59,982 bases of DNA from a virus (taxonomy: Duplodnaviria > Caudoviricetes), in IMG/VR virus record IMGVR_UViG_3300011114_001028, positions 1 through 59,982 of that record; one strand, given 5' to 3'. Under the pieces are notes generated by a model, which searched no databases, was not told where the DNA came from, and saw nothing but the letters and a program-made list of their open reading frames with translations. A program made the position numbers and the translations under genes. Below are positions 45,526 to 55,901 of this stretch, piece after piece. The first letter of the stretch is position 1, and each line of letters opens with the position of its first letter.

Positions 45526-46083
45526 ATGGCTCATAAACCAGTAGGATCGGGATTTACAGCAACCTCAAATGGAACTAGTTCTCAAAGTGATACTTTTACA
45601 CAATATACTGATACTTTGAGAATTGTTGCTGTAGGTAAAAATGGACACGTTGCTGTTGGAACAAATCCCACAGCATCTCATGTTGATTATTTTTTAGTTG
45701 ATGCACTCCCAGAAACTTTATCTATAGGAAAACCAAAATCACAAAAAGTTGTTGGAATTACTACTGGAACTACAACGATTTTAGATTTTCCTGAAGGAAC
45801 TGGATCCCCCTTCGATGTGAATGATACAGTTACTTTAACTGTAAGCAATCAACCATATTTTGATTTTTCACATAAAGTTGTTACCTCTGTAAATAATTCT
45901 TCAAATATTTCAGGATTTTATAGCACCAGAATTACCGTAAATCATAACACATCTGGAATTGCCACTGCATACAATTCAAACAATTATGCAGATTTAAAAA
46001 AATCATTAAAGGCTGCATTTATGTCTGATGGTGGTAGTGGATTTGCATATTTTCAACAAATTCAAATTTCAGGAGATCAATGA
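45526..46083 (+). CDS. Hypothetical virion-associated protein
   Basis: 185-aa beta-rich ORF between the gp67-like gene and gp21; TATAAATA at 45497. Confidence 0.75.
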   Translation: MAHKPVGSGFTATSNGTSSQSDTFTQYTDTLRIVAVGKNGHVAVGTNPTASHVDYFLVDALPETLSIGKPKSQKVVGITTGTTTILDFPEGTGSPFDVNDTVTLTVSNQPYFDFSHKVVTSVNNSSNISGFYSTRITVNHNTSGIATAYNSNNYADLKKSLKAAFMSDGGSGFAYFQQIQISGDQ

Positions 46084-46733
46084 TGAAACTTATCAGAGAA
46101 GAAATCGAATCAGTAGAGTTTATCGTTGAAAGTCATAACGGTAAAAGATCACTTTATATTGAAGGAGTTTTTCTTCAGGGAGATATAAGAAATCGTAATG
46201 GTCGTATGTATCCAATGGATGTTTTGCGCCGTGAAGTTTGTAGGTATAGTGAAAATCATATTCAACCTGGAAGAGCACTTGGGGAGTTGGGACATCCAGA
46301 TGGTCCAACTGTAAACCTTGATCGAGTTTCTCATAAAATAATTTCATTAAAGGAAAGTGGATCAAATTTTGTTGGAAAGGCAAAAATTCTTGGCACACCT
46401 ATGGGTAAGATTGCAGAGTCTCTCATTAGTGAAGGTGTGAAACTTGGTGTTTCTTCTCGTGGTGTTGGATCACTTCAACTTACTCGTGAAGGAATTAATG
46501 TTGTGGGTGAAGATTTTATGCTTGCAACTGCTGCTGATATTGTTGCAGATCCTTCTGCTCCAGATGCTTTTGTATCGGGAATTATGGAAGGAAAAGATTG
46601 GGTATGGGACGGAGGTATTCTTCGTGAAAAATATGCTACTAAAACATATAAAAGAATTAATACCCTCGTAACACAAAAAAAACTTGATGAAAATAAATTA
46701 AATCTTTTTAATGATTTCCTCACAAATCTTTAA
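46080..46733 (+). CDS. gp21: Prohead protease
   Basis: NRNGRMYP, ALGELGHP, GVSSRGVGS, DIVADPSAPDA. Confidence 0.97.
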   Translation: MMKLIREEIESVEFIVESHNGKRSLYIEGVFLQGDIRNRNGRMYPMDVLRREVCRYSENHIQPGRALGELGHPDGPTVNLDRVSHKIISLKESGSNFVGKAKILGTPMGKIAESLISEGVKLGVSSRGVGSLQLTREGINVVGEDFMLATAADIVADPSAPDAFVSGIMEGKDWVWDGGILREKYATKTYKRINTLVTQKKLDENKLNLFNDFLTNL

Positions 46734-46779
46734 ATTATAAATAAATATAGATTTAACATAGGTAAATCGGAGAGTTCAA

Positions 46780-47883
46780 ATGTCCCGTGGTAAAAACTTA
46801 CAAGAAATGGAAACAGGCACCGCTCAATCTCGTACTGCTGTGAATGCGAATGCTAAAGCTGCAGAACCAATGCCACATTTAACAGGAAATATTCCTGATG
46901 GTCAATCTGCAAGTTGGGAAGACTGTGGAGGACCAACTCCAGAAAATTACAAACCAGATGACGATTCTGCAAAAATGTCCCCAGGATCAACATTGAAGCA
47001 AGTAAGAGATGTTGTGACTAGGGGTGCTAAGGCTGCAGAGGCAATGAAAAAAATGAAAGAAGAAAAGGAGGAAAATAAAGAAGAAGATGATGATGAAGAA
47101 GATGAAAAGAAAAAAAATAAAAAGAAAAGCGAAGATGATGATGATGAAGATATGGAAGAAGAGTATGACATCGAAAGTGATGTAAATGCGTTAATTAGTG
47201 GAGAAGATTTATCAGAGGAATTCAAAGAAAAGGCAAAAACCATCTTTGAAGCTGCTCTGAAATCCAAAGTTAACGAAATTAAAGAAGCACTTGAATCTCA
47301 ATACGTTGAAAGACTTAATGAAGAAATTGAAGAAATTAAAGAAGAGTTTCAAGATAGGGTTGATTCTTACTTAGAATATGTTTCTGAAGAATGGATCGAA
47401 GAGAATCAACTTGCAATTGAGCACGGGCTCAAGTCCGAGCTTACTGAATCATTCCTTATGGGAATGAAACAACTTTTTGAAGATCATTATGTATCAATCC
47501 CTGAAGATAAATATGATGTAGTCCATACTATGGTTAATAAACTTGATGAAATGGAAACAAAACTCAACGAACAAATTGAAAGAAATATTTCTCTGAATAA
47601 GAGACTGGCGGAATCAGTTGCTGATGGGATTGTTAGCGAGATATCTGAGGGTCTAACGATCACTCAAAAAGAAAAACTTGCTTCTCTTGCTGAAAATGTT
47701 GAGTTTGAGGGTGAAAACGATTTTCGTGAAAGAGTTGAAACTCTAAAGGAATCTTATTTCCCAAGAGTAGTAAATCAAAACAGAAATTCAGACAATTTAA
47801 ATGAAAGTGTTGAGAGTCAACCAGAATACACTGGTACTATGGCAACTTATTTGAATGCTCTGTCTGCTGTCACTAAGAAATGA
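46780..47883 (+). CDS. gp22: Prohead core/scaffold protein
   Basis: LSEEFKEKAKTIFEAA and VDSYLEYV; acidic coiled coil; TATAAATA at 46736. Confidence 0.93.
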   Translation: MSRGKNLQEMETGTAQSRTAVNANAKAAEPMPHLTGNIPDGQSASWEDCGGPTPENYKPDDDSAKMSPGSTLKQVRDVVTRGAKAAEAMKKMKEEKEENKEEDDDEEDEKKKNKKKSEDDDDEDMEEEYDIESDVNALISGEDLSEEFKEKAKTIFEAALKSKVNEIKEALESQYVERLNEEIEEIKEEFQDRVDSYLEYVSEEWIEENQLAIEHGLKSELTESFLMGMKQLFEDHYVSIPEDKYDVVHTMVNKLDEMETKLNEQIERNISLNKRLAESVADGIVSEISEGLTITQKEKLASLAENVEFEGENDFRERVETLKESYFPRVVNQNRNSDNLNESVESQPEYTGTMATYLNALSAVTKK

Positions 47884-47930
47884 ATTTAATATTATAAACA
47901 AACCCACAAACAAAAACAAGGTAAAAACAA

Positions 47931-49346
47931 ATGTTTGAGAACATTCACCAAATTCAAGAGAAGTGGAAACCACTTCTAGATTATGACGGTCTTGATACAA
48001 TTAGAGATCCCCATCGTAGAGCGGTAACTGCTGCCCTCCTCGAAAACCAAGAAAAATTCCTCAGAGAGGAAAGAGCTTTCATGTATGAGTCCCCTGTTGG
48101 ACTCTACGAAACCCCAACCATGTCAGGCAACGCTGCTGGCGCTTCAGGCGCATTTAGCGGGTCTGCTACTACATCTGGTCCTGTTGCTGGTTTTGATCCA
48201 GTTTTGATCTCTCTGATTAGACGCTCGATGCCTAATCTGGTTGCTTATGATCTTGCTGGTGTGCAACCAATGAATGGTCCTACTGGACTCATCTTTGCAA
48301 TGCGCTCACGTTATGTTAATCAGTCTGGCACAGAAGCATTCTTCAACGAAGTAGATACTGCATTCTCTGGAGAAAACTCAAACTTCAGTGCAACTGCAGG
48401 ATTCTCTTCAGCAACATCTGGTTTTGGTACTACTGCACAATCAGGAACTAACCCAGGTCTTCTCAACCCAGAATCAAGTCAAGTTCCAGGAACCTACAAC
48501 GTAGGTCAGGGTATGGTTACTGGAGATTCTGAGAATCTTGGAGTTTCTGGTGGTGCTCAGTTTAACGAGATGGCTTTCTCAATCGAGAAGGTAACCGTAA
48601 CTGCAAAGTCACGCGCTCTGAAAGCCGAGTATTCACTTGAGCTTGCACAAGACCTTAAGGCAATTCATGGTCTGAATGCTGAAGCGGAATTGGCAAACAT
48701 TCTCTCAACAGAGATTCTTGCTGAAATCAACCGTGAAGTTATCAGAACCATCTATAAGGTTGCTGAATCTGGTGCTGCTGTTGGTACTGCCACTGCTGGC
48801 ACATTCGACCTTGACGTTGATTCAAACGGTCGTTGGTCAGTTGAGAAATTCAAAGGACTTCTTTTCCAAATCGAGCGTGATGCTAACGCAATCGCACAAA
48901 GAACTCGTCGTGGAAAGGGCAACATCATCATGTGCTCTGCTGACGTTGCTTCAGCATTGACCATGGCTGGTGTGCTCGATTACACTCCTGCACTCAATGC
49001 TAATCTTAACGTTGATGACACTGGCAATACTTTTGCTGGAACAATCAATGGTAAGTATCGTGTTTATATTGATCCTTACGCTGCTAACGTAGCTTCAACT
49101 CATTACTACGTTGTAGGTTATAAAGGTTCTTCACCTTATGACGCAGGTATCTTCTACTGCCCATATATTCCTCTCCAAATGGTTCGTGCCGTTGGTGAGA
49201 ATACCTTCCAACCAAAAATCGGGTTTAAGACTCGTTATGGTATGGTTGCCAACCCATTCGCTGCTGGCACATCCCAAGGTATGGGTGGACTATATCCTAA
49301 CGCAAATCGTTACTACAGACGTGTTGCTGTTACAAACCTTATGTGA
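47931..49346 (+). CDS. gp23: Major capsid protein
   Basis: GVQPMNGPTGLIFAMR, SRALKAEYSLELAQDLKAIHGL, FQPKIGFKTRYG; C-ending codon bias. Confidence 0.99.
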   Translation: MFENIHQIQEKWKPLLDYDGLDTIRDPHRRAVTAALLENQEKFLREERAFMYESPVGLYETPTMSGNAAGASGAFSGSATTSGPVAGFDPVLISLIRRSMPNLVAYDLAGVQPMNGPTGLIFAMRSRYVNQSGTEAFFNEVDTAFSGENSNFSATAGFSSATSGFGTTAQSGTNPGLLNPESSQVPGTYNVGQGMVTGDSENLGVSGGAQFNEMAFSIEKVTVTAKSRALKAEYSLELAQDLKAIHGLNAEAELANILSTEILAEINREVIRTIYKVAESGAAVGTATAGTFDLDVDSNGRWSVEKFKGLLFQIERDANAIAQRTRRGKGNIIMCSADVASALTMAGVLDYTPALNANLNVDDTGNTFAGTINGKYRVYIDPYAANVASTHYYVVGYKGSSPYDAGIFYCPYIPLQMVRAVGENTFQPKIGFKTRYGMVANPFAAGTSQGMGGLYPNANRYYRRVAVTNLM

Positions 49347-49366
49347 GTTATTCTCACAAAATTCTG

Positions 49367-49394
49367 GAGGGTCCCAAAAGGACCCTCTTTTTTT
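49367..49394 (+). terminator. Rho-independent terminator after gp23
   Basis: GAGGGTCC-CAAAA-GGACCCTC followed by T7. Confidence 0.92.
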
Positions 49395-49411
49395 GTCTAA
49401 ATACTTCAAAA

Positions 49412-49978
49412 ATGGCAATAAAAAACCCGTATAATAGACAGATAAAAAATAGAAATTTTTTATCTCCATCAGGATTTAAGTTTATTTTAGCAAATTATCC
49501 TCAAGTTGATTTTTTTTCTAATGAAGCGAACTTGCCAGGAATTACTTTAGGAACTGCAATTCAACCAACTTATTTGAAAGATATTGACATTCCAGGTGAT
49601 AAATTAACTTATGAAGATTTTTCTTTACAATTTATTGTAGACGAAGATATGAAAAATTATACTCAAATTCACAATTGGATGCGAGGGCTTGGATATCCAG
49701 AAAGTATTCAAGAAATTGCAAATTTAAAAAGTGAAAATGATTATAATCCACCAACAGTTAATAATACAGATATTCAATATTATTCAGATGGAACTTTAGA
49801 AATTTTAGATAGTAATCAAAATCCAAAATTTTTGGTAAAATTTTATCAACTATTTCCAATATCACTATCAACTTTAATATTTGATGCTACCATTACAGAT
49901 ACAAATTACTTTACAGCAACAGTAAATTTCAAATATACTTTATATGATATAATGAATACATTTAACACCAAAGTATGA
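49412..49978 (+). CDS. gp3: Tail completion protein gp3
   Basis: NFLSPSGFKF, ANLPGITLG, FIVDEDMKNY; ATG at 49412 after late motif CTAAATA at 49397. Confidence 0.9.
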   Translation: MAIKNPYNRQIKNRNFLSPSGFKFILANYPQVDFFSNEANLPGITLGTAIQPTYLKDIDIPGDKLTYEDFSLQFIVDEDMKNYTQIHNWMRGLGYPESIQEIANLKSENDYNPPTVNNTDIQYYSDGTLEILDSNQNPKFLVKFYQLFPISLSTLIFDATITDTNYFTATVNFKYTLYDIMNTFNTKV

Positions 49979-50406
49979 ATTTAGAATTGATACAAAAAAT
50001 GTGGTCTCAAGACTGCATAATTGATAGAGATAATCTTCATGAAGAATCTCTGAAAATACCACAATTACATGCAAAATATTATGAATTATATAACAATATT
50101 ATTCTATTAAAAGCAAAAGCAGAGCAACAAAGAAAAAATATTAGACATGAAAGATTTGAGTATTATTCTGGAAAAGCAGATCCAGAAATTTATGTAGAGA
50201 ATCCATTTCCAAAAAAGATAAGAGATAAGGATACCCTTCAAAAATATTTGGATGCTGATGAAAAACTTTCGGAAATATGTTTAAAAATTGACTATTATGA
50301 AACTCTTATAAATTACTTACAGGACATTCTAAAAGTAATTGCAAATCGCACTTACCAAATTAAGAATGCTGTGGAATTTATGAAGTTTCAGGCTGGATAT
50401 GGTTGA
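49975..50406 (+). CDS. uvsY: Recombination mediator UvsY
   Basis: ESLKIPQLHAKY and RTYQIKNAVEFMKF; gp3-uvsY-uvsW synteny. Confidence 0.92.
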   Translation: MNLELIQKMWSQDCIIDRDNLHEESLKIPQLHAKYYELYNNIILLKAKAEQQRKNIRHERFEYYSGKADPEIYVENPFPKKIRDKDTLQKYLDADEKLSEICLKIDYYETLINYLQDILKVIANRTYQIKNAVEFMKFQAGYG

Positions 50407-51862
50407 TATTAAAATAATCAAAAAGAATGAAATTTATATCAAACTAATATGCGAGTCACACATATTATATGAATTTTCTTCACATTTTACATTTGAAGTA
50501 CCTGGAGCAAAATTTATGCCCCAGTATAGAGGAAAATATTGGAATGGTGAAATAAGATTATTATCTACACATACTGGAGAAATATATTGTGGTCTTCTTG
50601 ATAAAGTTATTTCTTTGTGTGATCAATATAATTATTCATATGAATTTGAAGAAAATAAATTTTATGGTTTACCATTTGAAGTAAATGAATTTATTTCCGA
50701 AGAAGGAACTAAAGATTATATTAAATCAATCTGCAATCTGGACCCAAGAGACTATCAAATTTCTGGTGTTTATGATGCTTTAAGACACAATCGGAAGTTG
50801 TTGGTAAGTCCAACTGGGTCCGGAAAAAGTTTGATGATTTATGCCTTAACTCGATATTATACTGACAAAGGAAAAAAAACAATTTTAATAGTTCCAACTA
50901 CAAGTCTTGTGGAGCAAATGTATGAAGATTTTAAGTCTTATGGTTGGAATGTAGAATTATATTGCCATAAGGTTTATTCAGGAAGAGAAAAGGAAAGTGG
51001 TATGCCTGTTACAATTACTACATGGCAATCAATTTATAAATTGGAAAGATCATTCTATGAAGATTACGAAGTTGTAATTGGAGATGAAGCACATTTATTT
51101 AAATCAAAATCACTCATATCAATTATGACAAAACTTGATAATGCAAAATATAGATTTGGATTTACTGGAACTTTAGATGGAAGTCAAACTCATAAATGGG
51201 TTTTGGAAGGTTTGTTTGGTCCATCATATAAAACTACAAAAACTCATGAATTGATTGAAAAGGGACATCTTTCAAAATTAAACATTAAAGTTTTATTATT
51301 AAAACATAAGGAATGTAAATTTGAAACTTATGAAGATGAAATTCAATATTTAATTCAACATGAAAAAAGAAACAAATTCATTTGCAATTTATCATTGGAT
51401 TTAAAAGGAAACAGTTTAATTCTTTATAGTAGAGTTGAAACTCATGGTGCTCACTTATATGAGATGATAAATAGTAGAGCAAGTGAAAATAGAAAAATCT
51501 TTTTTATTCACGGTGGAGTGGACACTGAAGAAAGGGAACAAGTTAGAGCAATTACTGAAAAGGAAACTGATGCTATTATTGTAGCATCTTATGGAACATT
51601 TTCAACAGGAATTAATATTAAAAATCTTCATAATGTTATATTTGCTTCTCCAAGTAAATCAAGAATTAGAAATTTACAAAGTATTGGAAGAGTTTTAAGA
51701 AAAGGAAAAAATAAAACTGGAGCTTTACTTTATGACATTGCTGATGATATTAGTACAAAAACTAGAAAAAACTATACTCTCAATCATTTGATTGAAAGAA
51801 TTAAAATCTATAATGAAGAAAACTTTCAATATGAAATAATTAACGTTAAATTAGAAAAATGA
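50399..51862 (+). CDS. uvsW: SF2 helicase UvsW
   Basis: SPTGSGKS, DEAH, GFTGT, QSIGRVLR. Confidence 0.96.
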   Translation: MVDIKIIKKNEIYIKLICESHILYEFSSHFTFEVPGAKFMPQYRGKYWNGEIRLLSTHTGEIYCGLLDKVISLCDQYNYSYEFEENKFYGLPFEVNEFISEEGTKDYIKSICNLDPRDYQISGVYDALRHNRKLLVSPTGSGKSLMIYALTRYYTDKGKKTILIVPTTSLVEQMYEDFKSYGWNVELYCHKVYSGREKESGMPVTITTWQSIYKLERSFYEDYEVVIGDEAHLFKSKSLISIMTKLDNAKYRFGFTGTLDGSQTHKWVLEGLFGPSYKTTKTHELIEKGHLSKLNIKVLLLKHKECKFETYEDEIQYLIQHEKRNKFICNLSLDLKGNSLILYSRVETHGAHLYEMINSRASENRKIFFIHGGVDTEEREQVRAITEKETDAIIVASYGTFSTGINIKNLHNVIFASPSKSRIRNLQSIGRVLRKGKNKTGALLYDIADDISTKTRKNYTLNHLIERIKIYNEENFQYEIINVKLEK

Positions 51863-52251
51863 TTGAAGACGATTTTTACGCAACAATTAAATTAAAGACT
51901 GGTGAAGAAATTTTCTGTATTGCAGCCGCAATAGAAGAAGAAGATCGTACCTTATTAATTATATCAAATCCTATTGTAGTAACTGAATTAAAAGGAAAAT
52001 CTAATGTAGTGGGATATAAAGTAGAACCTTGGTTAAAAACTACAACAGAAGATATGTTTATAATTAAACTTGATGATATTTTAACTCTTTCTGAATCTTC
52101 AGATATTGAAATGGTTGAGTTACATCAAAGTTATCTTAGACAAGTTGATAAGATGAATACTAATTATAGTAAATTAACTAAAGAAATGGGTTATGTCTCT
52201 AGTGTTGATGATGCTAAAAAAACCTTAGAGAACCTTTATAATAATTATTAA
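51859..52251 (+). CDS. Conserved hypothetical protein (Sm-like fold possible)
   Basis: YATIKLKTGEEIF; usual cyanophage position between uvsW and gp55. Confidence 0.8.
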   Translation: MIEDDFYATIKLKTGEEIFCIAAAIEEEDRTLLIISNPIVVTELKGKSNVVGYKVEPWLKTTTEDMFIIKLDDILTLSESSDIEMVELHQSYLRQVDKMNTNYSKLTKEMGYVSSVDDAKKTLENLYNNY

Positions 52252-52297
52252 TTACTCTAAGTACTTAGTATTATGTTTTTCAACCTCCACAAAGGTA

Positions 52298-52326
52298 ATT
52301 ATACAGATGTTTGAATACCTTGTCAA
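52298..52326 (-). promoter_or_regulatory. Perfect-consensus antisense sigma70 promoter
   Basis: Minus strand reads TTGACA-AGGTATTCAAACATCTG (17 bp)-TATAAT. Confidence 0.8.
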
Positions 52327-52348
52327 GTGTTTTAATTGATGTTATAAT
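52320..52348 (+). promoter_or_regulatory. sigma70 promoter for gp55-gp47-gp46
   Basis: TTGTCA-17 bp-TATAAT with TGn extension. Confidence 0.8.
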
Positions 52349-52374
52349 AACTACATATTAGATAAGCAATTAAA

Positions 52375-52869
52375 ATGATTACGACTACAGTTATGACTAA
52401 GAAAAATAGATCACAACATTATGTCAACAATAAAGAATTTCTTGATGCGATGATTGAGTATAAAAAACTCTTGCAAATTGCAAAAGATCTTGGAGAAGCA
52501 AAACCACAAATACCAAGATATATTGGAGAGTGTTTTTTAAAGATTGCAAATCATCTTTCCTTTAAACCAAATTTTGTAAACTACATGTTTAAAGATGATA
52601 TGATTTGTGATGGTATCGAAAATTGTGTAAGATATATTAATAATTTTGATCCAGAAAAATCCCAAAATCCTTTTGCTTATTTTACTCAAATCATTTATTA
52701 TGCTTTTTTAAGAAGAATACAACAGGAGAAAAAGCAATTAGAAATTAAAAATAAAATTCTTGAAAGAACAGGATTTTCTGAAGTTTTCTCCGATGATGGG
52801 GTTGACGGATCCAATACTTCGGATTATAATTCTATCAAAGATGCAGTCTACAACAAACTTAGATACTAA
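52375..52869 (+). CDS. gp55: Late transcription sigma factor
   Basis: HYVNNKEF, YIGECFLKIA, NPFAYFTQIIYYAFLRRIQQEK. Confidence 0.97.
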   Translation: MITTTVMTKKNRSQHYVNNKEFLDAMIEYKKLLQIAKDLGEAKPQIPRYIGECFLKIANHLSFKPNFVNYMFKDDMICDGIENCVRYINNFDPEKSQNPFAYFTQIIYYAFLRRIQQEKKQLEIKNKILERTGFSEVFSDDGVDGSNTSDYNSIKDAVYNKLRY

Positions 52870-53903
52870 TGCGAGTAGCAATTTTTACAGATAGTCACTG
52901 GGGTTGCAGGAAAGGATCTAAATTATTTCAAGATTATTTTGAAACATTTTATAAAAATATATTTTTTCCAACTTTAGAAAAAGAAAATATTACTACTGTA
53001 TTGCATCTTGGTGATGCTTTTGACAGTCGTAAATCAATTGATTATCAAAGTCTTGAATGGACCAAAAGAGTAGTTTTAGATCCTCTTTTAAAATATGATG
53101 TTCATATGTTAGTGGGAAATCATGATGCATATTATAAAAATACTAATAGTATAAATTCTCCTTCATTACTTCTTCAAAATTATTCTAATATTAAAACTTA
53201 TAGTGATCCAGAAATTGTAAAACTTGGAAATTTAAATGTATTATTTATTCCTTGGATTTGTGTAAATAATGAAGAAAGAACTTTACGACTAATTAAAACT
53301 AGTGGTTGTAAAGTTGCAATGGGTCATTTAGAATTAAATGGGTTTCAAGCACATCATGGACATATAATGGATGATGGTATGGACTCTGTGGTTTTTGATG
53401 GATTTACAAAAGTATTTTCTGGACATTATCACACTCGATCCAATAATGAAATTGTCTATTATTTGGGCAATCCATATGAAATGTTTTGGAATGATGTAAA
53501 TGATACTCGTGGATTTCATATTTTCGACACAGAAACTTTGGAACATGTCCCAGTAAATAATCCATATCGAATGTATCATATAATTTATTATTCTGATACA
53601 AACTATCAAACTTTTGATACTCGTAAATATGAAAATAAAATTGTAAAAGTAATTGTCAGAAAAAAATCTGATGTTAAAAAATTTGAAAAGTTTATTGATA
53701 AACTTTATTCTTCAAATGTTGCAGAACTTAAGATAGTTGAAAATTTTTTAGTTGAAGAAAATGAAAACTTTGAGGCATTTGAGTCTGAAGATACTCTTTC
53801 AATATTGAATAGATATGTAGAAGAAGCAGAAATAAATTTTGATAAATCTAGTATTAAAAAATTATTTCAAGAGATTTATCAAGAGGCGTGTGAGATTGTA
53901 TAA
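52869..53903 (+). CDS. gp47: Mre11/SbcD-like nuclease
   Basis: DSHWG, LGDAFD, GNHD and SGHYH phosphoesterase motifs. Confidence 0.96.
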   Translation: MRVAIFTDSHWGCRKGSKLFQDYFETFYKNIFFPTLEKENITTVLHLGDAFDSRKSIDYQSLEWTKRVVLDPLLKYDVHMLVGNHDAYYKNTNSINSPSLLLQNYSNIKTYSDPEIVKLGNLNVLFIPWICVNNEERTLRLIKTSGCKVAMGHLELNGFQAHHGHIMDDGMDSVVFDGFTKVFSGHYHTRSNNEIVYYLGNPYEMFWNDVNDTRGFHIFDTETLEHVPVNNPYRMYHIIYYSDTNYQTFDTRKYENKIVKVIVRKKSDVKKFEKFIDKLYSSNVAELKIVENFLVEENENFEAFESEDTLSILNRYVEEAEINFDKSSIKKLFQEIYQEACEIV

Positions 53904-54163
53904 TGTTTATACTTACAATTTATGGAAAGGAAAGTGAAGGTGTATATGCAGTTGTTGATGCAGATGGTGATAAGATATTATATCTTTTTGAGGAAGAGGA
54001 TGACGCTATAAGATATGCATTATTATTAGAAGAAAATGAATATCCAAAAATGAGAGTAATTGAAATTGAAAATGAGGTTTTATTAAAAACTTGTAAACTA
54101 TATTCATATCGATATACAATTATTACTAAAAATGACATTGTAATACCCCCCAAAACAAAATGA
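53903..54163 (+). CDS. Hypothetical protein
   Basis: 86 aa between gp47 and gp46 with coupled start/stop overlaps; LYLFEEEDDAIRYA. Confidence 0.8.
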   Translation: MFILTIYGKESEGVYAVVDADGDKILYLFEEEDDAIRYALLLEENEYPKMRVIEIENEVLLKTCKLYSYRYTIITKNDIVIPPKTK

Positions 54164-55869
54164 TAACTTTTAAAAAACTTCGTTGGAAAAATTTTTTAAG
54201 TACTGGTAATCAATATACTGAAATTAATTTTACTTCAAATTCAACTAATTTAATTGTTGGAACAAATGGTGCTGGAAAAAGTACTGTTTTAGATGCTCTT
54301 ACATTTTCATTATTTGGAAAACCTTTTCGAAAAATTAATAAAGCACAACTTATTAATTCCGTTAATGAAAAAGATTGTGTTGTTGAAGTTTATTTTTTAA
54401 TTGGAAATACTGAATGGAAAGTTGCTCGTGGAATCAAACCAAATATTTTTCAAATTTCTAGAAATGATAAGATTTTGGATCAAACTTCTGCTGTTATAGA
54501 TCAGCAAAAGTGGTTAGAACAAACAGTTCTCAAAATGAATTATAAGTCTTTTACTCAGATTGTAATTTTAGGATCAACTGCTTTTGTTCCTTTTATGCAA
54601 CTTTCTGCCGCTAATCGACGAGAAGTAATTGAGGATCTTTTAGATATTAAAATATTCTCTTCTATGAATATGGTAATTAAAGAAAAGATTCGTCAAATTC
54701 GTGAAGAAATAAAAACTTTAGATTTGAAAAAAGAATCTCTCTTTGATAAGGTTGAGATGCAAAAAAATTTTATTGAAGAGTTGGAAAATCGTGGAAATTC
54801 CAAGATAAATGATAATCAACAAAAGATTGCCAATTTAGATTCTGAAGTTGATATTTATATGAGAGAAAATTCTTCACTTGAGGAGAGTGTTTTTAAATAT
54901 ATAAAAGAACAAGAAGAGGTTACTGGTGCATCAGATAAACTTCGTAAGTTGGGAAATTTAAAAGGTAAAATATCTCAAAAAGTATCTTGTATTAATAAAG
55001 AGCATAAATTCTTTACTGAGAATACGGTATGCCCTACTTGCACTCAAGAGATTGATGAAAAATTTAGACTAGATAAAATAGACGAATCTCAATTAAAACA
55101 AAAAGAATTGCAATTAGGTTATCAAGAACTTGAGCAAACTATTAAGGATGAAGAAGAAAGAGAGCGTCAATTTACCATTCTTTCTAAGGAGATTACAAAA
55201 CTTACGCATGAAGTTTCTCAAAACAATACTAAAATCTCCGGATGTCAAAGACAAATCAGAGATTTTGAATCAGAAATTCAAAAAATTACCAATCAATTTG
55301 AAAATAGAAATACTGAAAATGAAAAACTAGAATCTTTCAGAGAAAGTCTTCAAAAAACCTATGATGAATTGGCGATTAAAAAAGATTTAATTAATCATTA
55401 TGATTTTGCATATGGATTGTTGAAAGATGGTGGTGTTAAGTCTAAAATTATTAAGAAGTATTTACCATTGATGAATCAACAGGTAAATCGTTATTTGCAA
55501 ATGTTGGATTTTTATATTAACTTTACTTTGGATGATGAGTTTAATGAAACAATTCAATCTCCAATTCATGAAGATTTTACTTATGAAAGTTTTAGTGAAG
55601 GTGAGAAAATGAGAATAGATTTAGCACTTCTTTTTACATGGCGTGAAGTTGCAAGATTTAAAAATTCTGTGAATACAAATCTCTTGATTATGGATGAAGT
55701 TTTTGATTCTTCTTTAGATGGATTTGGAACTGATGAATTTCTTAAAATTATTAAATACGTTGTAAAAGATGCTAATATATTTGTAATTTCCCATAAAACT
55801 GGACTTGAAGATAAATTTGAGAGTGTGATAAAATTTTGTAAAGTGAAGGGATTTAGTCGAATTGAATAA
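54160..55869 (+). CDS. gp46: Rad50/SbcC-like ATPase
   Basis: GTNGAGKS, CPTC zinc hook, FSEGE signature, LLIMDE. Confidence 0.97.
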   Translation: MITFKKLRWKNFLSTGNQYTEINFTSNSTNLIVGTNGAGKSTVLDALTFSLFGKPFRKINKAQLINSVNEKDCVVEVYFLIGNTEWKVARGIKPNIFQISRNDKILDQTSAVIDQQKWLEQTVLKMNYKSFTQIVILGSTAFVPFMQLSAANRREVIEDLLDIKIFSSMNMVIKEKIRQIREEIKTLDLKKESLFDKVEMQKNFIEELENRGNSKINDNQQKIANLDSEVDIYMRENSSLEESVFKYIKEQEEVTGASDKLRKLGNLKGKISQKVSCINKEHKFFTENTVCPTCTQEIDEKFRLDKIDESQLKQKELQLGYQELEQTIKDEEERERQFTILSKEITKLTHEVSQNNTKISGCQRQIRDFESEIQKITNQFENRNTENEKLESFRESLQKTYDELAIKKDLINHYDFAYGLLKDGGVKSKIIKKYLPLMNQQVNRYLQMLDFYINFTLDDEFNETIQSPIHEDFTYESFSEGEKMRIDLALLFTWREVARFKNSVNTNLLIMDEVFDSSLDGFGTDEFLKIIKYVVKDANIFVISHKTGLEDKFESVIKFCKVKGFSRIE

Positions 55870-55901
55870 ATATAAATAATAGTGTATAGTGCGTGTCCCT
55901 A

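Noticed and set aside
45410-47170. GAAGAT-type repeats at 45410-45487 and 47045-47165 as DNA repeat elements
   Set aside because: They encode acidic/basic low-complexity tracts of prohead core proteins
49343-49411. GTG start for gp3 given by the ORF track
   Set aside because: The extension spans the gp23 terminator and late promoter; ATG 49412 is more plausible. 28116 and 55902 were likewise preferred over 28101 and 55893
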